The position numbers and the translations under genes were made by a program. From Vicugna vicugna (Eukaryota): a stretch of 64,000 nt of DNA. Numbering within the stretch: position 1 is the stretch's first letter; the number at the start of each line of letters is the position of its first letter. Of this stretch, positions 12,290 to 25,019 are shown in pieces. The stretch lies in NCBI GenBank assembly GCA_013265495.1, contig MU061579.1, forward strand, positions 6,486,124 through 6,550,123, given 5' to 3'. The notes under the pieces were generated by a model, which saw only the letters and a program-made list of their open reading frames with translations, searched no databases and was not told the DNA's origin.

Positions 12290-12790
12290 AGTTACAGAAT
12301 CAAAGAGTTAGAAGGTACCATAGATCTTATCTAGTCTAATATGTTCACTAAAGTTCAGTCCCAACAGGTAGTTCCCCAAATTATACTTCAGGACATTGCT
12401 AATAACCTAAAAGTTATTCCTTGTATTAGAGTGAATGCTGTTTTTTAGAAACTTCTATCTTCTAACCTTAGTTGTGCCTTCTGGAGGCACACATACTAAG
12501 TATAATTTCAATTTCTAATGATAGTACCTGAGATATGAGGAAGTAGTTTTTGTTTCTTACTGAAAACTTCTCCAGACTAACATCTTTATTTCTTACTTAA
12601 AACTTCTCCAGACTAACATCTTCAACATGATGTGGGCCCATTCCCTTCCTGATCACTCTATTCTCAGTGTCTTACATGTTGCTAATTGTCTACATTTTGA
12701 TATTTTGGTGCCCAGTGCTAAAGAAAATTATCTGGATATGGTTGATCAGAGTAAGCTATTTTATGTCTGCCCCCTGGATATGTTTCTAAA
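12290..12790 (-). mobile_element. L3/CR1 LINE 3' fragment
   Basis: 'acagaatcaaagagttagaaggtaccatagatcttatctagtctaa', 'ttctccagactaacatc' and 'ggtgcccagtgc...tctggatatggttgatcag' match the antisense CR1/L3 3' end as recalled. Confidence 0.55.
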
Positions 12791-14379
12791 GTTGGAATGT
12801 CTCTATAAAGAGAATAATGCTTAACCTTGGCCCCTCTCTGACACAAAAAATATTTTAGAGATAGAATATTGGGATATTATTATTTTGACAAATACACAGA
12901 CAAGAGCTATCTTCTTATCAATACAGGGATTTTAAACAAATATACTGAGTCCCTTGAGATAATGAATTACTCAAATGACAGATCACCACTCCTGTTTTTA
13001 ATTTACTCTACATGAAGAGAAATGAAGAAAACTGTTCTGTAGAAACATCAGTAATAGGAACTTGATTTTCTCCTTTAAATTACCCACTCAGAGGAACATA
13101 ATTAAGCCCAGTCAGAGGAACATAATCTCTCCTAACAATTCTTTAAAGTCAACTTGATTCCAATCAAACATTCTATCAACCAGTTTCAATTCAGTGTCTT
13201 CTATAGCATCACCAAACACTGAGCAGAAATAAAAATGAAGCATAAGACAAAGTTCCTTCCACAATTTTGCCACAGTTTGGGGGAAAGATAAGGATATAAA
13301 TGAAACTATTAGAAATATAACATGGTATATCTTTTATTCTACTAAGTGTGTGAAGCATCCTCCAAAAGATATATGTCATTCATACAGATTCATAACAAAT
13401 ATGATCATATACTCTGTGTCTGGCACTATTATTTTGCCCTTTTAAAGTCATCTGATAAGTAAAAACAAGCAAAAAACATTCATAATATATAGCATAAAAA
13501 CAGTAATGAAAGATGGCATTAACTGGAGTCAGAATCTTAGTAAATGAAAGTAATTGATGATTTTGTATCAATACATTATTTTCAACTTGATTATTGAATT
13601 TATCTTTAATGGAGATTCCTCATCTCCCTGTGGTTTTTCAGTTAATTAAAAGAAAGCTTGAAAAGTTCCTTAATATCCCTCCTATATACATACTTAATAA
13701 CTCCATAAGTCCTCTAATTCACTGTCCATAAACTTATGTTCTTAAATTTTATTGGGATATATCTGACAAATTTGTTGTGTTTGTTCATTCAAGTATGACT
13801 GTGGACTACTCATTTTTGTAAGTTGCAGTGTTTTTTGCTTTACAATAAAAGTTACCTAAAATTACTTTTTTCTCCATGGCTCATGTAGAGACAGTATTTA
13901 AATTAAATTTGATTAAAATTATGTCCTACTGGTTTGTAACAAAAACCTATATCAAGTCACACAAGAGGAAATTTGAATTTAAATATCCCACTACCTTATT
14001 ATTGCTTTCAGTTCTCTTTAATAATTATTAAGTATTTAATAAATATGATAACATTTGAATCAAATAAAATATGAAAATGGACTACATACATCTTTGAGTT
14101 TAACTAATTTGGAGGCTACTGCCTATACTCAAGGGGTACACTTAAAGTCAGGGATGATTTTCTACAAATGTTACAAAAAGGCACTTGCATTCAATACTAA
14201 TTAAATACTGGGTATCAAGTAAAGATCAGCTAAATGTTATTTTTAAAATTCTGACTCAATAAAATATAACAGAGTAATAACTGTATCATTAAAGTATAAA
14301 TATTATTTGAGACCCATACTTAACAAAAACCAATAAATCTGTGACACCAAAAAGTTATGTCTTCTTTATCATTTTAAAT

Positions 14380-15210
14380 TGTCAGTATAATAGTTATCTA
14401 TTGTATAATAACTTACAAGCAAACTTAGTGGCTTAAAACAGCAAACATTTCTTATCTCATCTTAAGGGTGGTTTAGGTGGGTGATGTGGCTCAGAGTCTT
14501 TCTTAACCTTGCAGCCAAGCTCTCAGTTAGGGCTGTGGTCATCTCAGGTTGGACTGAAAGATTTGCTTCCTAGCTAATTAACATAGCTGCTAGCGGATCT
14601 CAAAAGCTCTGCTTCTAAGCGCATTCATGTAGTGCTGGTAGACTTATCATATGACCTTTTCTTTGGCTGCTTGAGCATCCTCACAACATGGCAGCCAGGT
14701 TTCCCCCCTCTAGAACTATTTCAGAATATATAGAACTATTTCAAAACATATTATCTGGCTTCCCCAAAGCCTGTGCTTTGAGACAGAGAGAACAAGAGAA
14801 CAGAACTAAGAACTGACAGTGGTCACATTCTTTTTAAAACCTAATAACTTGTTTATTTTTAGAATTCATGTTGTTAAAAATTACTAGAATGCAATAATGA
14901 ATATATGTATGTTCATGTATAACTAAAAAATTGTGCTCTACACTGGAAATTGACACAACATTGTAAACTGACTATAACTCAGTAAAAAAAAATGTTAAAA
15001 ATTACTAGCAACAAATTATTTAGGGGTGATTTTAAAAGAGTAAAAATAAACTAATATAGAGCAAAAAGTTAAAAAAAAAAGAGCTCTAATATCAACAGTG
15101 ACATCCTATAACTTCTGCTGCATTCTGTTCCCATTCAAACAAAGAGGAAATAAGCTTCACCCATTGAATATAAGAGTATCAAATAATCTGTAGATATGCT
15201 TTAAAACAAC
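14380..15210 (-). mobile_element. MLT1-family (ERVL-MaLR) LTR, interrupted
   Basis: 'agttatctattg...aacttagtggcttaaaacagcaaacatttcttatctca' and 'gagcatcctcacaacatggcagcc'. Confidence 0.7.
14888..14992 (+). mobile_element. Young 5'-truncated L1 3'-end stub with TSD
   Basis: 'aatgaatatatgtatgttcatgtataact...gaaattgacacaacattgtaaactgactataactcagtaaaaaaaaa' is flanked by the perfect direct repeat tgttaaaaattactag (14872-14887 and 14993-15008). Confidence 0.85.
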
Positions 15211-17587
15211 TATTTAATTACTAACTATAACTTGGAAAATCTTGCAGAATTTTTAGAAGAGAACTTTGTAAAAAAATTCCTCACATTTTATAGTTGTAAA
15301 ATAAATATATCAAGGGAAATACCTGGGATATACATTACTAAAAAGTATTCTCAGAGTCAGAAGTCTACTTGAAATTCTTACTTAGAAGACTCTACTTCAA
15401 GGTATGAGTAGAAAGTTACGACAATTTGACTCACCCCCCACCGCCAATTGTAGTAACTGTCATTGTCATAAAGCTTCTTTCCTCTAAATCCAAGCCTGAT
15501 TTTTCTTACGTCATCTCTTCTAACAAGTTTAGAAAATCAATACTGTAAGTTTCAGAGAAAGTATGGTATGCCATATCTTTCTTCAGTTTGTTGGTTTCTT
15601 CCTTCTTCAAATCTGGATGAATTTAGACAGTTTTTCCTGAGTGTCAAACCCATTTTTATTTTATAATCATCTTTCCCAGAAAAGACTACACAGATTTTAC
15701 ATATTCTTCCTTTCTCCTGAAATTAATTTACATTTTATAAACTATTTCTAAATGGGTTTTCTGAGGGAAAGGATATTTAAAGGCATCAGAAGATTTTTTT
15801 CCTCTTGGAAACATACTAAATTTTTCTATTGGTAAGCATAATGTGAACATTGAAAATAAGATTCTTCAATTATATTTAATTGGCCATTTTAGGAAGCTAT
15901 TTTTAAACATTCAAGAACCATTCAAATTAATCTTGTGATTAATGGCTAAATAATTTAGTATTGGTATAACATTTGATATGTGGTAAAGAGAACATGTTAG
16001 TTTAGCACAACTAAGAAATGTTCTACTGATGAAACTGACAAGACACAATTGAAATTGAAAAGACAAAATTCAGACATCAGTTTCAATAAGAAGCAGCAGA
16101 ATGAAACTCCTGAAAAATATAAGGAACATTACTGATGTAGTGAACAATCACCATTTCAGGGAAGTGATAAGGGAATCCATCATACTGAGGCAGATTCAGA
16201 TGAATATACCAAGACTGATTGCAGGCAGAAGCCTGCAGCTTTGGAAATACTATAAGACTATAGTATGAAAGCTCCTTAAGAATGTAAATATGTATGACCT
16301 GCCTTTGACTACACTGTGGTCACAATAAAAAAATGTAATATATTTTTGCTACTGCTGTCATTTTAATGTTCACATTTTTGGACCTGACTTATACATATTG
16401 AAATTCTGGGGACTCCAAGAATGTTCCAACAATTTTTTGACTCTGCTAATTTGCCTTGACTTCATTTTAATAAACGACCATGTCTTACTCATCTTGGTAT
16501 TTCCCCAGAGATTACATTAGAATTTTACATGTATTAATTATTAAATTTAGTTTGTTTAGTGAAATATTTAAATGTTAGCAATGAGCTGAGTATGTGAAAA
16601 AAAATTCTCTAAAATACCACATGTAAAAATAGTTGACTAAGTGTTAAATAAATTGATTTTTTACATCAAATAAAATTTAAAGATTTTTACATAATTTAAA
16701 AGCTAACTAAATCCCACTGAAGATAGATACATCCCTAGGATAATACAAAATTCTGTGTTTTTGTAAATAATTAAAGAATTCCTTATATATAATCAGAATA
16801 TCTCTGTTGACACAAAAATATAAAAATTTATAATTATTTAATTTAATTATTTAATGATATTTTTACTGCTTAATTACCCGTATGATCCATGAAGCCCATG
16901 GAAAAACTTCAACATCTGGTAAAATGAAGAGATGACAGATGTTGTAATTAATCCAAATAATAAGCCACTGATGGTTTTACTGAAGGTATTGCTTAACTAT
17001 AAAATGCAAGCTATGCATATAGTTTTCCCCTAAATTCTAATGGATCCACACAAAAACCTTCCATAAAAGTCTAGGTGCAAAATGTTGGGTTTGTTTTTGT
17101 CCACCTTCTATGCAATCAGATTCGTCAGTTGACAGAAAAGGATTCAAGAATTCTTTTAAATGCCTGAAATTCTGAGAGAATTTTAGAGAAATCTATTGAT
17201 AAAACCAGTATCTTTAAATGTTTTATCCTCCAGCTCTCCTAGCAGTCCTTGATGCTTTCAACTATTTTTACGTTTTGAAGCTTATTCTTTACACAACTTC
17301 TAGGGTATAATATTATTAACAGCCCTACCTTTAGTTCCCTAATTTTCCCTCCTACTTAAATATTAATTTTGTCAGATAAGAATATTAGAATAAAAATAAC
17401 TACCATTAAGTAATGCTATCACTATCATTTGACACAAAAGGGAATATTTGATCAGCAAAGTAATCCAAAGGGCATAATCTCAGATTAAACAATTAACAAA
17501 CTTGCTCTTTATTAAAAAAAAAGAAAGAAAAATTATACTAAAATGTTTAACATAGGTAAATACAAAATATTTTTCTCTGTAATATAT

Positions 17588-17770
17588 ATGATAATGGCTA
17601 ACATTTGTTGAGTGGTTACCATGTACCAAACACCATGGGTTATATATACATAAGGTATATTATTTAATTAATTAGTTATATTATTTATCAATCTCCTATG
17701 ACAGAGAACTAATATTAACCCTACTTTACAAAAGAAGCACTTAATTGATTCATGATGAAATAAGATTTAC
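17588..17770 (-). mobile_element. MIR SINE fragment
   Basis: 'ataatggctaacatttgttgagtggttaccatgtacc...aatattaaccctactttacaaaagaag'. Confidence 0.55.
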
Positions 17771-18477
17771 AAAAATAATTTTCTCTACTCCAGGGACTAA
17801 ACTGCTGACAAATGAATAATATATTTACTGCTCTTTTACTGGTACAATTCTTTCAAGTTGGGGACATTTCAAAGAACAGCATACAGTAGAGCTCAATTCC
17901 AACAACTTATTTTCTAATTTTAGCCATGAATTTTTAAAAAAATCAAATTTCACATGATGAAACTCAATGTCTTTTCTCCCAAATTTTCCAGTGAATTGAG
18001 AGATTACTTCTCAATTCAGTTACTTCTCTACTTTTTTTTGCATTTCCATACAGGATTTGGAAAGTGAAAATTGGAGGGAAAGGCAAGATGTCTGCTTTTG
18101 AAATTTTCAAAAAGTGATAGAGGGTGATTTTCACTTCACAGTTTCTTATAGTTTGGGGAGATCTTTATGACTATAGCCCTTGGTAGTTTGAATGGAACAA
18201 AGAGGACATACTGATGAGGGGCCATGATCCAGTAAAAATTACACCTTAAAAGCATTAGATTGAATAATGCTAAGAATATGATTTAAATCCATGACACCAT
18301 ACTTATATAACAAATTCAGATATCTGCTTTTGCTAAGAGAGGCAAACAAATTTAAATTCTATTAAATAGAATGTTCCACTCCCTGAGGTTAACCATGACG
18401 TCAAGAGTAGTACAAAGAGTGTAACTGATGAATCTTGGCCTCTAGAATTTGTCCAGTTTCTCAAATACTTCTAAAGT

Positions 18478-21400
18478 ATTTTTATTTATTGAAATATAAT
18501 TGACTTACAATATATTAGTTTAAGGTGTACTGTGGGTTTGTCACCAGTTATGGGTTCTGGCCCGCAGAAGTCCCACTGAGACGGAATGAATTACTCGAGA
18601 CTCTGTGGAAAAAGTCAAGAGAGCAAGAGGGAGTCGGGAGCCAACTCAAGGAGCCTCTCAAATCTCCCATATTTGTTGAGTACAGGCAAAGGAGGAATGC
18701 AGGAATTTAGGGAAGGACAGGGTGGGATCACAATGAGTACAAAGGCTTTGTTTATTGTTGGTGTTTGGCTCAAGGTCAGAAGACCCTTTTTGGTAAATCA
18801 TATTCATGTTGAGCCCTTCAGCTTATCAGGGCAGAACATATGAGAATCAGCTGCTTAACAACATTTTTCTTGGACTTAGGCGGCTGTCCCTGTGTCTTAG
18901 GTTGCCCCCTCAGGGGATCTTACTTGTCACTGGCTAACCAGCCTTCTCACCTCTGAGTCTGTAGCTTTTTATAAGTTGTTTACCATTCCAGTTCAAGGCT
19001 GTTTTGGGGATAGAAGACTATCTAACAGCAGACACACCCAGCGTTTATAGCTGAGGGCCTGGGTAGTTGCCAAAACCTCAACTATGCAAGTAAGGAGGTT
19101 ACTAAGCACATTTGCTCTTCTTTAAGGAGATAAGCAGCTGGGGTGTGTTACAATTTGTTAACCCAGTCATAGGCTCCCACAGTGTACAATGTAGTGATTT
19201 GATATTTTTGGACATTACAATATGATCACCATGATAAGTCTAGTTATCATCTATCACCATACAAAGTTATTACAATATTATTCACTATATTCCCTATATT
19301 GGATTTACCCCCATCAGTTATTAATTTTATAACTGGAAGTTTGTATCTCTTAATAATCTTCAACTATTTCACTGAGCACCCTACACCACTCTTCTCTGGC
19401 AACCACTAGTCTGTTCTTTGTATCCACGAGCCCGTTTCTGTTTTATGTTAGTTTGTCTTTAGATTCCACATAAAGTGAAATCATATTGTATACGTCTTTC
19501 TTTATACGTCTTTCTTTGTGTGACTTATTTCACTTAGCATTACACTCTCTGTGTCCCTCTTTGTTGTAGCAATGGTAAGATTTCATTATTTTTATGGCTG
19601 AGTAAAATTCTATTGTGTATATATAAACAACATATTCTTTATCCATTCATCTATTAATAGATACATATCTTTGCTATTGTAAATAATGCTGCATATTGGA
19701 GTGCATGTATCTTTTTGAATTAGTGTTTTCATTTTCCTTAGATACATGCCTAGTAGAACTGCTGGATCATAATGTAGTTCTGCTTTTAATTTTTTGAGAA
19801 ACTTCCATACTGTCTTCCATACTGGCTGTATCAGTTTACATTTCACCAACAGTGCATGAGGGTTCCCTTTTCTCCAGATCTTCACCAAAACTTGTTTTTT
19901 TGTTGTTGTTGCCTTTTTGATAATAACAATTCTGACAGATATGTTATCTCACTGTGGTTTTGTATTTTCATGATTAGTGATAAGCAGATTTTCATGTGCC
20001 TTTTGGATATCTGTATGTCTTCTTTAGAAAAATGTCTATTCAGGGCCACTGCTCTTTTTTTATGGATTGTATGTTTTTTGATATTGAATTGTATGAGAGT
20101 TTTATATAATTTGGATATCAAGCCCTAATCATAAATATCATTTGCAAATATCTTCTCTCAACCAGTAGGCTGTCTTTTCCTTTTTGATGGTCTCCTTTGC
20201 CAGGCAAAGCCTTTCTAGTTTGATGCAGCCCCTCTTGTTTATTTTTTCTTTTGTTGCGTTGCCTCAGATGACAGATCCAAAGCATATTGCTAAGTCTGAT
20301 GTTAGAGGGTTTATTGCGTACGTTTTATGGTTTCAGGTCTTACACTTAAGTCTTTAATCCATTTTTAGTTAATTTTTGCATATGGTGTAAGAAAGTTAGC
20401 CAGTTTCAATCTTTTTCATGTGACTAGCTTTCCCAACACCATTTATTGAAAGAAACTGTCATTTCCCCATTGTACATTCTTGCCTCATTTCTCATAGACT
20501 GATTGACTTTTGTAAGCATGGGTTCATTTCTGGGCTCTCTATTCTGTTCCCATAGATCTGCATGTCTGTTTTTGTGCCATTACAATATTGTTTTGATTAT
20601 AATATCTTTGTAGTATAGTTTAAAATCAAGAGTCAGGATACCTCTGGCTTTGTTCTTCTTTCTCAATATTTCTTTGTCTATTCTACACAAATTTTAGGAT
20701 TATTTCTTCCAGTTTTGTGAAAAACATCATGGGTATTTTGATAGGGATTGCATTGAATATGTAGATTGTTTTGGGTAGCATAAACATTTTAATAATATTA
20801 ATTTTTCCAGTCCATGCACACAATATACCTTTCCAATTATTTGTGTCATCTTCAGTTGCTTTTATTAATATCTTACAGTCTTTAGAGTACAGGTCTTTTA
20901 TTTCCTTGGTTAAAATTTATTCCTAGTTATTTTACTCTTTTTGATGCAACTGTAAAGCAAATTGTTTTCTTAATTTCTCTTTCTGATTGTTTGTTATCAG
21001 TGCATAACAATGCAGCAGATTTCTACATACTACTTTTGTATTCTGAAACTTTATTGAATTCATCTATTATTTCAAATACTTTTTGGTAAAATCTTCAAGG
21101 TTTTCTATATAAACAACATCATGTTATCGGCAAATATTGACAGTTTCACCTCTTCTTTTCCAATTTGGATGCTTTGCATTTCTTTTTCTTGTATGATTAC
21201 TGGGTCTAGGACTTTCAACACTATGTTAAATCAAAGTGATGAGATTGGATGTCTTTGTCTTGTTCCTGATCTTAGAGGAAAAGCTTTTAGTTTTTCAACA
21301 TTGAAAATTATGTTAGTTGTGGCTTGTCATATTTGGCCTTTATTATGTTGAGATATGTTTCCTCTGTAGACACTATGTTGAAAGTTTTTATTGTAAAGGG

Positions 21401-22330
21401 ATGTTAAATTTTGTCAAATGCTTTTTCTTCATCCATTGAGATAATACAGTTTTATTCTTTGTTTTGTTGATGTGGTGAATCGTGTTGATTGATTTGTAGA
21501 TACTGAACTATTCTTACATCCCTGGAATAAACCCCACCAGACGATGGTTTGGATGTTCCTTTTAATGTATTGCTGAACTTCGTTTGTTAAGGATTTTTTG
21601 CATCTATGTTCATCAAGGATATTAGCCTGTAATTTTCTTTTTTTTTTTTTGTAGGGTCTTTGGTTTTGGTATCCGGAAATACTGGCCTCATAGAATGCAC
21701 TTGGAAGCATTCCTTCTGCTTCAATTTCTGGAATAGTTTGAGAAGAATAAGTATTAACTCTTCTTTAAACGTTTGGTAGAATTCATCTGTGAACCTGAAT
21801 CATCCTAGAATTTTGTCAGGATTATTTTGTCACTAATTCAATTTTATTACTAGTAAATTGATCTGTTCAGATTTTCTATTTCTTCCTAATTTAGTCTTGG
21901 AAGATTGAATATTTCTAGGAACTTACCCCTTTCTTCTAGGTTGTCCAATTTTTAGCATATAATTGTCTGTAGTAGTCTCATGATTCTTTGTATTTCTGCA
22001 GTGTTGGTTATAACTCTCTATCATCTCTGATTTTATTTGGGCTCTCTCTTTTTTTTCTTGATGAGTCTGGCTAAAAGTTTGTCAGTTTAGTGTATATTTT
22101 TAAAGAAATAGCTCTAAGTTTCACTGATAGTTTCTATTGCTATTTTGTTTTTGTTGTTCTCCATTTTATTTATTTCTACTCTGATTTATTATTTCCACCC
22201 TCCTACTAACTCTTGAGTGCTTGTTCTTTCTCTAGTTTCTTAAAATATACATTTAGAAGGTTTATTAGGGATTTTTCTTATTTGAGGTAGTTTTGTATGG
22301 CTATGAACTTCTCACTTAAAACTGCTTTTG
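18478..22330 (-). mobile_element. L1 (3' UTR through most of ORF2), interrupted by an LTR
   Basis: T-rich tail near 18478-18490, then 3' UTR, then ORF2 remnants (19610-19888 'QPVWKTVWKFLKKLK..YDPA', 19882-20121 'LNRHFSKEDIQ', 21429-21710 'FYEASI'). Confidence 0.92.
18531..19181 (-). mobile_element. Solo LTR, ERV-K/betaretrovirus-like (class II)
   Basis: Termini TGTGGG...CCCACA; perfect 6-bp TSD gtgtac (18525-18530 and 19182-19187). On the minus strand there is TATAAAAA near 18965-18972 and AATAAA at 18751-18756. The L1 3' UTR reads through once the LTR is removed. Confidence 0.85.
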
Positions 22331-24433
22331 AACTCCCAATTTTATCCCTCCCCATCCTTCCCTGTTGGTAATCATAAGCTTGTTTTCCATGTCTGTGAGT
22401 CTACCTCTGTTTTGTAAGTTCATTTGTGTCCTTTTTTTTTTAAGATTCCACATATAGTGATATCATATGGTATTTTTCTCTACCTGGCTTACTTCACTTA
22501 GTATGGTAATCTCTAGATCCACCTATGTTGCTACAAATGGCATTATTTTGTTCTTATTTTTATGGCTGAGGAATATTTCATTGTATATATACAAACCACA
22601 ATTTCTTTATCCAGTCCATCTCTTGATGGACATTTAGTCACCTCCATGTCTTCACTATTGTAACTAGTGCTTCTAAAAACACTGAGGTGTATGTATCTTC
22701 TCGAATTAGAGTTTCCTCCAGATATATTCCCAGGAGTGGGATCGCTGTACATAGGGTAAGTCTATTATGAGTTTTTTGAGGAATCTCCATACTGTTTTCT
22801 ACAATAAGTGCACCAAACTACATTCCCACCAATAGTGTAGGAGGGTTCCCTTTTCTCCACACCCTCTCCATCATTTACTGTTTGTGGACTTTTTAATGAT
22901 GGCCATTCTGACCTATGTGAGGTAATACCTCATAGTAATTTTGATTTGCATTTCTCTGTTAATTAGCAATATTGAGAATTTTTTCACATACCTATGGGCC
23001 ATTTGCATATCTTCACTGGAGAAATGTTTGTTTAGATCTTCTTCCCAGTTTTTATTGGGCTGTCTGTTTTATTGTTATTGAGTTGTATGAGCTGTATATT
23101 CTGGAAATTAATCCCTTGTTTGCAAATATATTCTCCCATTCCATAGGTTGTCTTTTTGTTTTGTTTATCACTTACTTTTCTGTACAAAAGCTTATAAGTT
23201 TGATTATTATTAGGTCCCATTTGTTTATTTTTGCTTTTATTTCTATTGTCTTGGTAGCCTGCCCTAGGAGACAATTGCTATAATTTATATCAGTGAATTT
23301 TTCTTCGAGGGGTTTATAATATCCTATCTTATGTTTAAAGTCTTTAAGCCTTTTTGAGTTTATTTTTGTGTATGGTGTGAGAGAGTGTTCTAATTTCACT
23401 GATTTACATGTGACTGTCCAGTTTTCCCAGCACCACTTGTTGAAGAGACTGCTTTTTCTCCATTGTATATTCTTGTCTCCTTTGTTAAAAATTAATTGGC
23501 CATAGATGTGAAGGTCTATTTCCGGACTCTTTGTTATGTTCTATCGATCCACATGTCTGTTTTTGTACCAATGCTATGCTGTTTTGATTACTGTAACTCT
23601 GTAGTATTGTCTGAAGTCTGGGAGGGTTATCCTTCCAGCTTCATTCTTTTCGTTCAGTATTGCTTTCAAAATTCTGGGTCTTTTGAAATTCCATATAAAT
23701 TTGAGGATTATTTGTTCTAGTTTTGTGAAAAATGTCCTGGGCAATTTGACAGGGATTGCATTAAATCTGTAGATTGTTTTGGGTAGTTAAGACCATTTTA
23801 ACAATATTGATTCTTCCAAGCAAAGAGCATGGGATATCTTTCTATTTCTTTAAATCATCTTTTACTTCCTTAACCAGTGTTTTGTAGTTCTCAGCATGTA
23901 AGTCTTTCACCTCCTTGGACAGGTTTATTCCTAAGTATTCTTTTTCTGATGGGATTTTAAAAGGGATTTTTTTCTTTACTTTTCTTTTCCGATATTTCAT
24001 TGTTAGTGTAAAGAAATGCAAGTAATTTCTCTATGTTAATATTGTATCCTGCTACCTTGCTAAATTCTTTTATCAGCTCCTATAGCTTTTGTGTGGAGTC
24101 CTTAGGGTTTTCTATATATAATATCTTGTCATCTGCATATAGTGACAATTTTACCACTTCTCTTCTAATTTGGATCTCTTCTATGTCTTTCTCTTGCCTG
24201 ACTGCAATGGCTAGGACTTTCAATACTATGTTGAACAGAAATGGTGACAGTAGGCATCCTTATCTTTTCCAGATTTTAGCAGGAAGGCTTTCAACTTTTC
24301 ACTGTTACGTATTATATTGGCTATAGGTTTGTCATAAATAGCTTTTATTATGTTGAGATATGTTTCTTCTATGTCCAATTTGGTAACAGTTTTTTTTAAT
24401 TATAAATGGATGTTGAATTACATCAAATGCTTT
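22331..24433 (-). mobile_element. L1 (different, apparently younger subfamily): 3' UTR and ORF2 3' half
   Basis: 3' UTR 'aactcccaattttatccctcccc...gtctgtgagtct'; ORF 23172-23399 'MKLEHSLTPYTKINSK...[10 protein letters not shown]'. Confidence 0.9.
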
Positions 24434-24438
24434 AGTTT

Positions 24439-24471
24439 TTATTAGCACCAAGCTCTAACCAACTGAGCTAA
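24439..24471 (-). pseudogene. Tailless retrocopy of the tRNA-Ile(AAT) 5' half
   Basis: Reverse complement ttagctcagttggttagagcttggtgctaataa matches nt 7-39 of mammalian tRNA-Ile-AAT as recalled (TTAGCTCAGTTGGTTAGAGCGTGGTGCTAATAA) with one mismatch. It is flanked by the 19-bp direct repeat tcaaatgctttagttttta (24423-24441 and 24475-24493). Confidence 0.85.
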
Positions 24472-24493
24472 AATTCAAATGCTTTAGTTTTTA

Positions 24494-25019
24494 GAAACAT
24501 ACAGTCCACCAAAACTGAATCAAGAAGAAATAAGATAATTTGAACAGATCAATCACTAGAACTGAAGTAGAATCAGTAATAAAAAAAAATACTCCCTGCA
24601 AACAAAATTCTGAGACTGGACGGCTTCACTGGGGAATTCTATCAAACATGCAAAGAAATTATACCTATCCTTCTCAAACTCTCTCAAAAGACTGAAGAGG
24701 AAGGAACACTCCCAAACTCATTCTATGAAGCTACTGTCACTCTGATACCAAAACCAGACAAAGACACTACCAAAAAAGAAAATTATAGACCAATATCTCT
24801 GGTGAATATAGATGCAATAATTATCAAAAAAAAATTAGCAAACAGAATCCAACAACAGGTAAAAAAGATCATACACTATGATCAAGTTGGATTCCTCCCA
24901 GGGACACAAGGATTGTTCAACATATGCCAATCAATCAAGGTGATAAACTACATCAACCAAAAAAAAAAAAAAAAAAGGACAAAAATCACATGATCATCTT
25001 AATAGATGCTGAAAAAGCA
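24494..25019 (+). mobile_element. Inverted 5' segment of the 22331-24433 L1 (ORF2 RT region)
   Basis: ORF 24802-24993 reads '[30 protein letters not shown]'. It ends at 'gatgctgaaaaagca' (DAEKA), where the antisense part resumes (aaagcatttga). Confidence 0.88.

Noticed and set aside
12553..13126. Short direct repeats as a CRISPR-like array
   Set aside because: Only two copies of each unit, no repeat-spacer periodicity, and a mammalian context.
16000..16320. Possible Tigger transposase or coding remnant
   Set aside because: Purine-rich and coding-like, but I could not identify motifs or TIRs.
18020..18130. Strong splice acceptor (ttttttttgcatttccatacag|G) as a coding exon
   Set aside because: No convincing GT donor follows, the frames examined hit stops within about 20 codons, and no homology is recognised.
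24439..24471. Functional tRNA-Ile gene
   Set aside because: Only nt 7-39 are present; there is no acceptor stem, T-arm or B-box.
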